This document shows positions 1-12,400 of a stretch of DNA of 64,000 bases, one piece after another. Location: contig JANJGN010000008.1 in NCBI GenBank assembly GCA_026770705.1, forward strand, positions 106,268,001 through 106,332,000. The letters run 5' to 3'. The notes beneath the pieces are model-generated. The model saw only the letters and a program-made list of their open reading frames with translations, ran no database searches and was not told the origin of the DNA. The position numbers and the translations under genes were made by a program. The DNA is from Isurus oxyrinchus (Eukaryota). Every line of letters begins with the position of its first letter. Positions within the stretch are counted from its first letter, which is position 1.

Positions 1-3000
1 ATGTTCTGGAGTGTAGACCCGGTGTTGGTTTGTGTTCTAGTCGTTACCTTGAGTGTAGTTTTGAGTTCTGGAGCTTGCATTCAGTGTTGTCGTGCGTTAT
101 GGAGTTCTCATTCAGTGTAGGTTTGTGTTCCGGAGTTCACATTCAGTTAAGTTTTGTGTTCAGGAGTTAGCATTCATAGTAGGTTTGTGTACTGTGTTTT
201 GCATTCAGTTTAGGTTTGTCTTCTGGAATTTACATTGAAAGTTTGGTTGTGTTCTTGATTTCATATTCAATGAAAGTTTATATTCTGGGCTTTACATTCA
301 TTGTTGGCTTGTGTTTTGGAATTCACGTTCAGTGCAGAACTGTATTCTGAAGTTTACACACAATGTGTTTTTGTGTTCTGGAGTTTACATTTAGTACAGA
401 TTTCTGTTCTGGAGTTTACATTCAGCGTACCTTAGTGTACTGGACTTTACATTCAGTATAGGTTGGTTTTCTGGCCTTCACATTCAATGGAAGTTTGTGT
501 TCTGGGGTTTATGTTAAGTGTTGCCTTGTGTTCTGGAGTCCACATTCAATGTAGAGCTGTGATCTGGAGTTTACATTCAATGCAGTTTTGTGTACTGGAG
601 TTAACATTTAGGATAGGTATCTGTTCTGGAGTTTGCATTCAGTGTCGGGCTCCAGAACTGTATTCTGGAGTTCACATACAGTGTAGGTTTGTATTCTAGA
701 CTTTACATTCAGTTTATCTTTGTGTACTGGAGTTTGCACTTATTGCTGGTTTGTGTTCTGGAGGTCACATTCAGTGTAGGTTTGCGTCCTGGAGTTCATA
801 TTCAGTGTAGGTTTGTGTTATGAGTTTTATATTCAGTGTAGGTTTGTGTTCTGGAGTTTGCATGCAGTGTAGGTTTGTGTTCTGGGGTTTACATTCAGCT
901 TAGCTTTGTGTTCTGAGTTTACATTCAGTGTGGGTTTTGTGTTCTGAAGTTTGTATTCAATGGAGGTTTTTGTTCTGGGGTTTACATTCAGTGTTGGTTT
1001 CTGTTCTGGAGTTCATATTCAGTGTAGAACTGTGTTCTGGACTTTACATTCAATGCAGTTTTGTGGTCTGGTGTTTACATTTAGTATAGGTTTGTGTTCT
1101 GGAGTTTACATTTAGGATAGGTATCTTTCTGGAGTTTACATTCAGTGTAGTTTTGTCTTCTGGAGTTCGCATTCAACGGAGGTTTGTGTTCTGGGGTTTA
1201 CATTCAGTGTTGGCTTGTTTTCTGGAGTTCACATTCAGTGTAGAGCTTTGATCTGGAGTTTACATTCACTGTATGTTTGTGTTCTGGGGTTTACATTCAG
1301 TTTAGGTCTGTGTTCTGAGTTTACATTCATTGTAGTTTTCTGTTCTGGAGTTCTCATTCACAGTAGGTTTGTGTTTTTGAGTTTACTTTCAGTGTAGGAT
1401 TCTGTTCTGGAGTTTACTTCAGAGTAAGTTTGTTTTCTGCAGTTGGCATTCAATGGAGGTTTGTGTACTGCAGTTTACATTCAGTGTTGGCTTGTGTACT
1501 GGAGTTCACATTCACTGCAGAGCAGTGATCTGGAGTTTAATTTCAATGTAGTTTTATTTTCTGGTGTTTACATTCAGTGTAGGTTTGTGTTCTGGAGTTC
1601 GGATTCAATGGAGGTTTTTGTTCTGGGGTTTACATTCAGTGTTGGCTTCTGTACTGGAGTTCACATTCAGTGTAGAGCTGTGATCTGGAGTTTACTTTCA
1701 ATGTAGGTTTGTTTTCTGGTGTTTACATTCAGTTTAGGTTTGTGTTCTGGAGTTTACATTCAGTGTCGTTTTGTGTTGTGGTGTTTACATTCAGTGTGGG
1801 TTTGTGTTCTGTTGTTTACATTCAGTGTGAGTTTGTGTTCTGGAGTTTAAATTCAGTGTAGATTTATGTTTTGGAGTGTAGACTCGGTGTTGGTTTGTGT
1901 TCTAGTCGTTACCTGAGTGTAGTTTTGTGTTCTGGAGTTTACATTCAGTGTTGTCGTGCGTTCTGGAGTTCACATTCAATGTAGGTTTGTGTTCTGAAGT
2001 TTACATTCCATTTATTTTTGTGTTATGGAGTTTGCACTTCGTGTAGGTTTGTGTTCTTGATTTCGCATACAATGAAGGTTTTTGTAGTGGGGTTTACATT
2101 CATTGTTGGCTTGTTTTTTGGAATTCACATTCAGTGTAGAACTGTGATCGGGAGTTTATATTCGATGCAGTTTTGTGTTCTGGAGTTTACATTTAGGATA
2201 GGTATCTGTTCTGGAGTTTACATTCAGTGTACGTTTGTGTACTGGAATTTACTTTCAGTGTAGTTTTGTCTTCTGGAGTTCGCATTCAATGGAGCTTTGT
2301 GTTCCGGGGTTTACATTCAGTGTTGGCTTGTGTTCTGGAGTTCACATTCAGTGTAGAGCTGTGACCTGGAGTTCCCATTCAATGTAGTTTTGTGGTCTGG
2401 AGGTTTCATTCAGTATAGGTTTGTGTTCTGGAGTTTACACTTATTATTGATTTGTGTTCTAGACGTTACATTGAGTCTACTTTTGTGTTCTGGAGTTTAA
2501 ATCCAGTGTATTCTTGTGTCCTGGAGTTCTCAATCAGTGTAGGTCTGTGTTCCGGTGTTTATATTCAGTTTATTTTTGTATTCTGGAATTTGCACTTAGT
2601 GTAGGTTTCTGTTCTGGAGTTTGCATTCAGTATACTTTTGTGTACTAGACTTTACATTCAGTGTAGGTTTTTCCTCTGAAGTTCGCATTCAATGCAGGTT
2701 TAAATTCTGGGGTTTACATTCAGTGTTGGCTTATGCTCTGGAGTTCACATTCAGTGTAGAGCTGTGATCTGGAGTAAAAATTCAATGTAGGTATGTGTTC
2801 TGGTGTTTACATTAAGTATAGGTTTGTGATCTTGAGTTTACATTCATTGTAGGTTTGTATTCTGGTGTTTACAATCAGTGTATGTTTGTGTTCTGGAGTT
2901 TTCTTTCAGTGTAGATTTATGTTCTGGAGGTTACACTCGGTGTTGGTTTGTGTTCTGGAGTTTACATTCAGTATAGGTTTCTGTTCTGGAGTTTAAATTC

Positions 3001-4616
3001 CATGTACGTTTGGGTACTGGACTTTACACTCAGTATAGCTTTGTCTTCTGGAGTTCGCATTCAATGATGGTTTGTGTTCTGAGGTTTACATTCAGTTTTG
3101 GCTAGTGTTCTGGAGTTCACATTCAGTGTAGAGCTGTGATCTGGAGTTTACATTCAATGTAGGTTTGTGGTCTGGTGTTTACATTAAATATAGGTTTTTG
3201 TTCTCGAGTTTACATTCATTGTAGTTTTCTGTTCTGGAGCTCGCATTCAGAGTGGGTTGGTTTTCTGGAGTTTACATTCAGTGCAGTTTTGTGTTCTGGA
3301 GTTTACATTCAGTGTAGGATTGTGTTATGGAGTTTACATTCAGTGTTTTTTGTGATCTCGAGTTTGCACCTAGTGTTGTTTTGTGTTCTGGAGTTTACGT
3401 TCAGTGTTGGTTTGTGTGTTCTGGAGTTCACATTCAGTTTAGATCTGTGTTCTGCAATTTACATTCAGTGTAGGTTTGAGTTCTGGAGTTCACATTTAAT
3501 GTAACTTTGTGTTCTGGAGTTTACATTCTGTGTAGGTTTGTGTTCTGGAGTTTACATTCAGTGTGGGTTTATGTTCTGGACTTCCCATTCAGCGTTGATT
3601 TGTGTTCTGGAGTTTATATTCAGTGTAGATTTGTGATCTGCAGTTTACATTCGGTGTTGGTTTGTGTTCTGGAGTTTACATTCAGGGTAGGTTTGTGTCC
3701 TGGAATTTACATTCACTGTTGTTTTGTGTTCTGGAGTTTCCATTCAGTGGGGGTTTGTGTTCTGTGGTTTACTTTCAGTTTTGTTTTGTTTTCTGGTGTT
3801 TACATTCAGTGTGGTTTTGTGTTCTGGAGTTTATATTCAATGTAGTTTTGTGTTCTGCAGTTTTCATTCAGGATGGGTTTGTGTTCTGGAGTACATTCAG
3901 TGTTGATTTTGAGTTCTGGAGTTTACATTCATTGCAGCTTTGTGTTCTGGTGTTTACATTCAATGTTGGTTTGTGTTCTAGACTTTACATTTAGTGTAGG
4001 TTTGGGTTCTGGAGTTTACATTCAGTGTACGTTTGTGTTCTGGGGTTTACATTCAGTGTAGGTTTTTGTGCTGGAGTTTACAATCAGTATAGGTTTGTGT
4101 TCTGGTGTTTACATGCAGTGTTGGTTTATGTATTAGAGTTTATATTTAGTGTAGGTTTGTGTTCTGGAGTTTAAATTCAGTGTTGCTTTGTGTTCCTGGT
4201 TCACATTCAGTGTAGATCCGTGTTCTGGAGTTTACATTCAGTGTTGGTTTGTGTTCTGGGGCTTATATTTAGTGTAGGTTTGTGTTCTGGAGTTTAGCTT
4301 TAGTGCGGGATTGTGTTCTGGAGTTTAAATTCTGTGTAGATTTGAGTTCTGGAGTTCACTTTTAGTGCAGCTTTGTGTTCTGGACTTTACATTCAGTGTT
4401 GGTTTGTATTCTGGAGTTTGCATTTAATTTAGATTTGTGTTCTGGTGTTTACATTCACTGTTGGTTTGTGTTCTGGAGTTTACATTCAGTGTAGATCTGT
4501 GTTCTGGAGTGTTCATTCAGTGTAGTTTCGTGTCTGGAGTTTACATTCAGTGTGGGTTTGTCTTTTGGAGTTTACATCCAGTGTAGTTTTGTCTTCTGGG
4601 GTTTACATTCATTGTA
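1..4616. repeat. 31-bp G/T-rich tandem minisatellite, consensus GGAGTTTACATTCAGTGTAGGTTTGTGTTCT, about 150 diverged copies, truncated by the window start; lies in the intron upstream of the KCNIP exon
   Basis: The unit is read directly and recurs head-to-tail with a 31-nt period (e.g. 3460-4600). There are no unique spacers. The array stops abruptly near 4616 (…gtttacattcattgtacctc). Confidence 0.97.
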
Positions 4617-4671
4617 CCTCAATGTCATTTTCACTCAAAACAAATTGCAGTAATAATCCTTCTACACCACA

Positions 4672-4707
4672 TCTCTTCCTCTTCACTTTTCTCTTTTTTT
4701 TTTCCAG
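4672..4707 (+). promoter_or_regulatory. Polypyrimidine tract and 3' splice acceptor of the KCNIP exon
   Basis: tctcttcctcttcacttttctcttttttttttccAG immediately precedes the in-frame GAA codon at 4708. The AG is at 4706-4707. Confidence 0.93.
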
Positions 4708-4777
4708 GAATGCCCCAATGGTGTTGTCAATGAGGAGACTTTTAAGCAGATTTATTCTCAGTTTTTTCCACAGGGAG
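4708..4777 (+). CDS. KCNIP: Internal coding exon (70 nt, phase 0 to phase 1) of a Kv channel-interacting protein (KChIP/KCNIP family, neuronal calcium sensor), EF-1 region; paralogue not resolvable
   Basis: Manual translation gives [23 protein letters not shown] plus one base. This matches the KChIP motif as I recall it (KChIP4 [23 protein letters not shown]; KChIP2 [23 protein letters not shown]) and includes the NCS CPxG signature. It is flanked by a strong acceptor and a GAG|GTGAGT donor. The exon is not in the ORF track. Confidence 0.93.
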
Positions 4778-4783
4778 GTGAGT
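4778..4783 (+). promoter_or_regulatory. 5' splice donor GTGAGT
   Basis: GAG|gtgagt is a consensus U2-type donor directly after the FFPQG codons. Confidence 0.92.
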
Positions 4784-5149
4784 GACTGAGATTCCATGAA
4801 ATCATTCCATTAACTGAAGTAACTTCAAATCACTTCCTTTTGTTTCACAATGTCCTCCTGAGTCCACAAAATTGATTACCTTCGGGGAATTGGCATTGTT
4901 AGATGAAAGAAGAATAAAGTCCACTCAGTTCACCTTCTGACATCCTTGGTACAATTATAATGGAGTCCATTGACTAATTATAGCACCCAATCTCTTTCAA
5001 TGAGTCTGAACACACCGAGACATGTGTTGAGGAAACACCTAATGATGGAGAGTTTTGTAAATCACAGCTCGAAAGTCACCTGTTCCTCCCTAACCTTCTG
5101 CACCCACTAAATGTCATCTCTCAGATTACTCCCATACTGTTTCTCAAAA

Positions 5150-5725
5150 CATATTTTCTAAATACATTCTAAAAACATTGTTGGGGAGTGCCTGGAGAAA
5201 CTGGAGGGTGGGGGGTGGTGTGGGTTGTGGGTGTGGAGTTAAAGGATGCTGGTGTCCCACCGGATAGAGTAGGCAGAGCATAGACTGTGGGTCAGATTGT
5301 AGCAGGGGCTCAGAGTGCAGGGCTGGGGTGGCAGGAGCGCAGATCATGGAGCTGAAGCAGGGAATTTTGGAGGGTAAGGAGCTGGAGGAGGCACTCCTAC
5401 TCCTCCTGGCCCACTAGCAGTGATAGAAACGCAGTTACCTCTTCCACACAGCAGTCCTTATAGCCCTTCAGCTCTCTGGGTTCCCAAAACACACTCGATC
5501 AGAACTGAAGTCAGAACAGAGTGAAATTCTGAGCCTCGTAGGCTCATTAACATATTTAAACGAGCAGCTCAGCCCTGGGAGCGGGTTAGTTACCCACTAC
5601 ACACCCCATCTCCCTTCAACTGGGAAGTGTGCAGGCTGAAGATGGGATATGTTTGGATTTGAAATGTTAGAATTGCTACTTAACAGCTGACACAAACCCA
5701 CCCTTTAGAGGGTTAAATTTCCTCT
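5150..5725. mobile_element. Possible decayed interspersed repeat or non-autonomous element fragment in the unique intron segment
   Basis: This block is GC-richer than its AT-rich flanks and has short internal inverted repeats (ggaggag…ctcctcc near 5385-5406; cccatct…agatggg near 5605-5646). No TIR, TSD or ORF could be confirmed. Confidence 0.22.
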
Positions 5726-6499
5726 GATTGTTCTCACTTCTTTTGAAATGTCTGCACTTGGAGCCTAGGCTGCGTCCTCTATTTCTACTGTTCTGAGCAT
5801 TTTTCATATACTGCGCCAAGGATTAGCATTCAGGTCTGAGTTACAACAGTGCATGCAGGCTGGCTGTTGCTAAAACAAAACCCAATACTGCCCAAAGTCT
5901 CACAGAGCATCCCAACAGACAGGCTGCACATGGCTGGACATCAGTAAGCTCAGCTGGGAGCAAAAATGTGACCTGAGACTGCTTTCAGTAGCAGATTTTG
6001 CAAGGAGCTCCAAAGCCAAGGAGATCCCGAAGAGCACATTCCAATTGATTAACTTATTGTGGGTCAAATCTTCTGGTTACTGGATTGGCAGATGCTGGGC
6101 GTATGACTGAAGATGAAGTTGGGGCCCTATGGAAGTCCAGGTGCAGGGATTCTACGGGAATTGACCAGAAAGTTTGAATTTCCAATTGGCAATTCCACTG
6201 CTCTCCAGGACCCGTCACAAATGTTTCCAACTCTGAGTTAGGGCGGGAATCTTCAGACAATGTCACAGTAAATAGCCAGGATCAAACTTAAACTGACACC
6301 TGGGTAACTGTACAACAGACACCAACCCCGCCCCCCCCACGCCCCCACCACATCATCCTCCCTAATGCCCTCCAACTTCATTCGACCCCCAACTGCTCCC
6401 CCCACAAACACCCAACTATCCCCACAACTCGGCTCAGTCCGAGGACGTCCGAAACAGGCCTGGCCCAAATACACTCCAAACAGGACCCAGAACGAATAC

Positions 6500-9400
6500 T
6501 GCCGGCCACAACCTGACCCAAACCGACTAACACCCCAGAGCCAGACCCAACCTGACTACTCTCCCACAACCTGACCCAGCCCGACTACCCCCCACAACCC
6601 GACCCAGCCCGACTACCGCATAACAACCTGACCTAGCCCGACTACCGCCTTGACAACCCGACCCAGCCCGATAACCCTCCCACAACCCGATGCAGCCCAA
6701 CAACACCCCCACAACCCAACACAGCCAACTAACCTGCACCCCCCCACAACCAGACCCAGCCCGACTACCCAACCCTCGACTGGACCCAGTATGACTACCT
6801 CCCAAAACCCAACCAAGACCAACTACTCCACAACAACACGACCCAGCCCGACTATACCCCCACAACCCGACCCAGCTCGATTACCCCACGACAACACGAC
6901 CCAGCCTGGCTACAACCCCACAACCCAACCCAGCCCGACTACCCCACAACAACACGACCCAGCCCAACTACACCCCCATAACGTGACCCAGCCCGACTAC
7001 CCCACAACATCACGACCCAGCCCGACTACACCCCCACTACCTGACCCAGCCCGACTACACCACAACAACATGAACGCAGCCCGACTACACCCCCACAAAC
7101 CGACCCAGACTGACTACCCCACAACAAAATGACCCAGCCCGATTACACACCCACAACGCGATGCAGCCCAACTACCCCACATCAACACAACCCAGTCCAA
7201 CAACCCCAAACAAGACACAGCCCGACTACCCCATGACAACACGACCCAGACCGACTACCCGCCAAATGAGACACAGCCAGACTATCCACCAAAACTGACC
7301 CAGACCGACTACCCAACAAACCTGACCCAGCCTGACTATCCCCCACAACCCAACCGAGCCCAACTACCCCTCAAACCCGATCCATCCCAAATGCCCCCCA
7401 AACCTGAACCAGTCCGAACAACCCCCGAAACATGACCCAGCAAGAATACAGCTCCAAACACGACCCTGCCCATATAGCCCCCAAATCTGACATGTCCCGA
7501 CTATCCACCCAAACTAGAACTAACACGACTGCATCCCCCAAACCTGACCCAGCCTGACTACCCCCTCAAACCCAACCTAGCCCGATTATCCTACCAAACC
7601 CGACCCAGGCCAACGACCCACCACAAACCCAACCTAGCCCGACAGCCGCCCCCAAACTCGATCCAGCCAGACTACCCTCCCCAAACCCAACTGAGCCCAA
7701 CTGCCCCCCAACCCGACCCAGCCCTACAACCTCACCCAAACCAGACACAGCCTGAATACCCACCAAATCTGACCCAGCCTGACTATCCCCCCCAACCCAA
7801 CCGAGCCCGACTGCCCCCTCAAACCTGATCCAGCCCGACTAGCCCCGATACCCGACCTAGACCGAATGCTCCCTAAAAAGCCGACGCAGCCCGACTACCC
7901 CCCCCCAAAATGACACAGCCCGACTATTCCAACAACCCAACCCAGCCCGACTACACCCCCAGCCCAACCCAGCCAGACTGTCCCCCAACCAGACCGAGCC
8001 CGACAACCCCCATACAAGACCCAGCCAGAATACCCACCAAACCTGACCCAGGCCAACTGGCGCCCTACACGACCCAGCCCGACTACCCATCACAACTGAA
8101 ACAGTCTGAACAAACACCAAACCCGACACTGCCCGAACAAACTCCCAAACCCAACAAAGCCCAACTATCCACCCAAACCCGAACCAACATGACTACCCCC
8201 CCCGGCAAACCCGCACCAGCCCGACGACAGCCCCAAACCCGACCCAGCCCAACTAACACCCCACAAACCCGACCCAGCCTGACTACTCACCACAAACCTA
8301 ACCTAGCCTGACAGACGCCCCAACCCGAAGTAGCCTGACCACACAACACAACACGACCCAGCCTGACTAACACCCCCCACAACCGGACCCAGCTCAAACA
8401 TCCCATACAACCCGACCCAGCCTGACAAACCCCCATAATCCGACACAGCCCGACTAGACCCCCACAACCCATCCCAGCCCGACTACATGACCCCATAACC
8501 TGACCCAGCCCGACTACCCCACCCACAACCAGACCCAGCCCGACTTCCCGCCAAAACACGACACAGACCGACTACGACCCCCACAACATGACCCAGCCCA
8601 TCTGCTCCCCCACAAACGGACCCACCCTGACTACCCACCAAACCCGATCCAGCCCAAATGCCCCCCAAACCTGAACCAGCCTGAACAAACCCTCCAGCAT
8701 GACCCAGCCCGAATAGCCCTCAAGCCCCACACAGCCCAACAACACCCCCCAAAGTCTGACCCAGCCCGACTGTCCTGCCCACAACCCAACCAGCCCGACT
8801 ATCCACTCAAATCCATCCAAACCCAACTACCCCACCAGCAAAAGCTGACCTAGCCTGACTGCCCCCCACAACGCGGCCCAGCCCGACTACACGCCCCACA
8901 ACCCGACTTAACCCGACCCAACCCAACTACACACCCATAATCCAACCTAGCCCGCGTACGGCCCCACAACCTGACCCAGCCCGACTACACCCCCACAACA
9001 GGACCCAACCTGACTACCACCCAAAACCCAACCTAGCCCGACTGCTCCCTCTAAACCCGTCCCAGCATGACTACCCGTCCCAATCACAACCTAGCTCGAC
9101 ATCACCCCCAAGTCGACCCAGCCTGACTACCTACCAAACCTCACCCAGCCTGTATATCCCCCACAACCCGACCGAGCCTGTCTACCTCCTCAAACCTGAT
9201 CCAGCCCAACTACCCCCTCAATCCCATCCCAGCACGACTATGCCCAAAAACCCCACCCAGCCTGAATACCCACCAAACCCTACACATCCCGACTGCCCCC
9301 CAAACCTGAACTAGTCTGACCAATTCCCCAAACCCGACCCATCCCGAATACATACCCAAACCCGACCCAGCCCGAATAGTACCCAAACCCAACCCACACC

Positions 9401-12400
9401 ATGACCCACCCCAACTCCACCTAGCCAGAGAGCCCCCTCTAAACCCAATCTAGCCCGACTACCACCCCCAAATCCAACCCAGCCAGACTACACGCCCCAA
9501 AACCAACTGAGACTGACTGCTCCCCAAACCCGACCCAGCCCGACTACCCACCAAAACCCGACGCAGCCCGACTATGAACCCCACAACATGACCCAGCCCG
9601 ACTACCCTCCCACAACCAGACCCACCCTGACTACCCACCAAACATGATCCAGCCTGACTGCCCCCAAACCTGAACCAGCCAGAACAACTGCCTCAAACCC
9701 GACCCAGCTCAACTATTCCCCGCCACAAACCGATCCAGCCAGACTAACACCCCCAAAACCCAACCAATCCCGAGTGCGCCCCAAACCAGAACCAGCCTGA
9801 ACAAACCCTCAAACATGACCCAGCCCGAATAGACCTCAAGCCCGAAACAGCCCAACTATTCCCCCCAATATCCGCACACAGTCTGAATACATTCCAAACC
9901 CGACCAGACCAAATGTCCCCCCCACCACCCAACCCAGCCCAATTATCAACGCAAACCCAACCAAACCCTACTACCCCCCACACCAAAACCCGACATAGCC
10001 TGACTGCCCCTCCACAACATGACCCAGACTGACTACACCCCCCACAAACCGACTTAACCGGACCCAATCTGACTACATCCCCATAACTCAACGAGTACCG
10101 CCCCACAACCCGACCCAGCCCGACTACACCCCCACAACAGGACCCCACCTGACTACCACCCAAAACCCAACCTAACCCGCCTGCCCCCTCTAAACACATC
10201 CCAGACTGACTACCCGCCCCAAACCCAACCGAGCCCGACTTCCACCCCAAACCGACCCAGCCTGATGAACACCCAAACCTGACCCAGCCTAACTACCCAC
10301 CAAACCTCACCCAGCCCGACTAACCCCCCCAACCCAACCGAGCCCATCTACCCTCTCAAACCTGACCCAGCCCAAGTACCCCCTCAAACCCAACACAGCG
10401 CGACTATGCCCCAAAACCAGACCCAGCCCGAATACACCCAAAACCCGACACATCCCGAATGCCCCCCAAACCTGAACCAGTCTGAACAACTCCCCAAACC
10501 CGACCCATCCCAAATACAGCTCCAAACTAGACCCAGCCTGAATAGACCTCAAAACCGACCCAGCCCAACTACCCCCCTAAACCCAACCTAGCCCGACTAA
10601 CCCCTCAAACCCGACACAGACAATTACCCACCCAAAACCCAACCTAGCCGGACAACCACCTCTTAAGCCGACCCAGCCTGACTACCACCCCTATACCCAA
10701 CCCAGCCAGATTATCCACCCCAAACCCAACTGAGCCTGACTGCCCTCTCAAACCTGATCCAGCCCAACTACCCTCCCAAAACCGACCTAGCCCGAATGCC
10801 CCCATAGACCCGACCCAGTCCGACTATCCCGCCAAAATGTTACAGCCCGATTATTCACACAACCAGACCCAGCCCGACTACACGCCCAGCCCAACCCAGC
10901 CCAACTGCTCCCCCAACCTGACCAAGCCCTACAACCCCCAAACAAGACCCAGCCAGAGTACCCACAAAACCTGACCCAGACCGACTGCCCGCCCAGCCCG
11001 ACCCAACCCAACTACCCAACCCAAACCGAACCCAGCCCAACTATCCCCCCAACCCAACCGAGCCCGACTGCCCCCTCAAACCTGATCTAGCCCGATTACT
11101 CCCCCAAACCTTACCTAGCCCGAATGCCGCATGTAAACCCAACTCAGCATGACTAACCCCCGCCGAAATGACACAGCCCAACTATTTACACAAGCCGACC
11201 CAGCCCGACTACCCCCCAAACCCAACCGAGCCCAACAACCCCCAAACACAACTGATCCAGAATATAGACCAAACCTGACCAAGACCGACTGCCCACCCAA
11301 CCAGACCAAGCCCGACTACCCCACCCAAACCCAACCCAGCCCCACTATCCACCAAACTCGACCCAGCCCGAATACACCCCCAAATCCAACATAGCCCAAC
11401 TATCCATCCAAAACCGAACCAACAAAACTAACCCCCCAAACACAACCCAGCCCGAATATACCCCCTAACCCCACAAAGACCGACAACCCCCAAACCCAAA
11501 CCAACCCGACTACCCACCAAACCAGACCCAGCCTGACTATCCCCCTCAACCCGACTGAGCCCGACTACACCCTCAAACCTGATCCAGTCTGACTAACCCC
11601 CCAAAACCGATCCAGACCGACTATGCCTAAAACCCGACACAGCCCGACTACCCCAACAAAACCTGACTCAGACCATCTACACCCCCCCAAACCAAACCTA
11701 GCCCAATTGCAACACCAACCTGACCCAGCCCGAATACCCCAACCAAACCCAACCCATCCTGACTACCAGCCCCAAACCCGACCTAGCCTGACTGCCCCAC
11801 CATCCCGACCCAGTCCGACTACCCCACCCAAAAATGACCCATTCCGACTACCCCCCAAATCTCACCCAGCCAGACTATCCCCTCCAACCAGACCGAGCCG
11901 AACTACCCAGCAAAACACACCCAGACTGATTAACCCCCCCAACCCGACGGAGCCCATGCACCCCCTCAAACCTGATCCAGCCCGACTACCCTCTCAAACC
12001 CAACCCAGCGCAACTATGCCCCAAAACCCCACCCAGCCTGAATACCCCCCAAACCAGACACATCGCGACTGCCCTACAAATCTGAATCAGTCCACAGAAC
12101 TCCCCAAACATGACCCATCACGAACACAGCCCCAAACCCAACCTGGCACGACTAACCCCGCAAAGCCGAACCAACACGATTGCAGCCCGAAACCTGATCC
12201 AGACTGACTACACCCCAAACCCAACCTAGCCCGAATAGCCCCGTAAACCCGACCGAGCACGACTACCCCCCCAAAAATGACAGAGACCGATTATTGACAC
12301 AACCCAAACCAGCCCGACTGCCACCCCAATCCGACCGAGCCCGACAACCCCCAAAAAAGACCCAGCCAGAATAGCAAACAAACCTGACACAGACCGACAG

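Noticed and set aside
463-4061. Cys/Val/Phe-rich ORFs with CSGVYIQC repeats (metal-binding or membrane peptide-like)
   Set aside because: These are translations of the 31-bp unit cycling through all frames. They are short, overlapping and frequently interrupted by stops.
1-4616. CRISPR array (31-bp repeated unit)
   Set aside because: Units are head-to-tail with no unique spacers, they are degenerate, there are no cas genes, and the context is a spliceosomal intron.
4550-4797. ORF-track calls 4550-4789 (+) and 4609-4797 (-)
   Set aside because: They overlap the real exon in the wrong frame or strand. The KChIP frame starts at 4708 and is bounded by splice sites.
4985-5035. TTCAATGAGTCTGAACAC as a possible next KCNIP exon (FNAFD-like)
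   Set aside because: It translates as SFNESEHTETC with no match to the EF-2 loop and has no suitable polypyrimidine acceptor.
6050-6270. Small ORF 6054-6266 (-) or a MITE
   Set aside because: No recognisable domain, splice context or convincing terminal inverted repeats.
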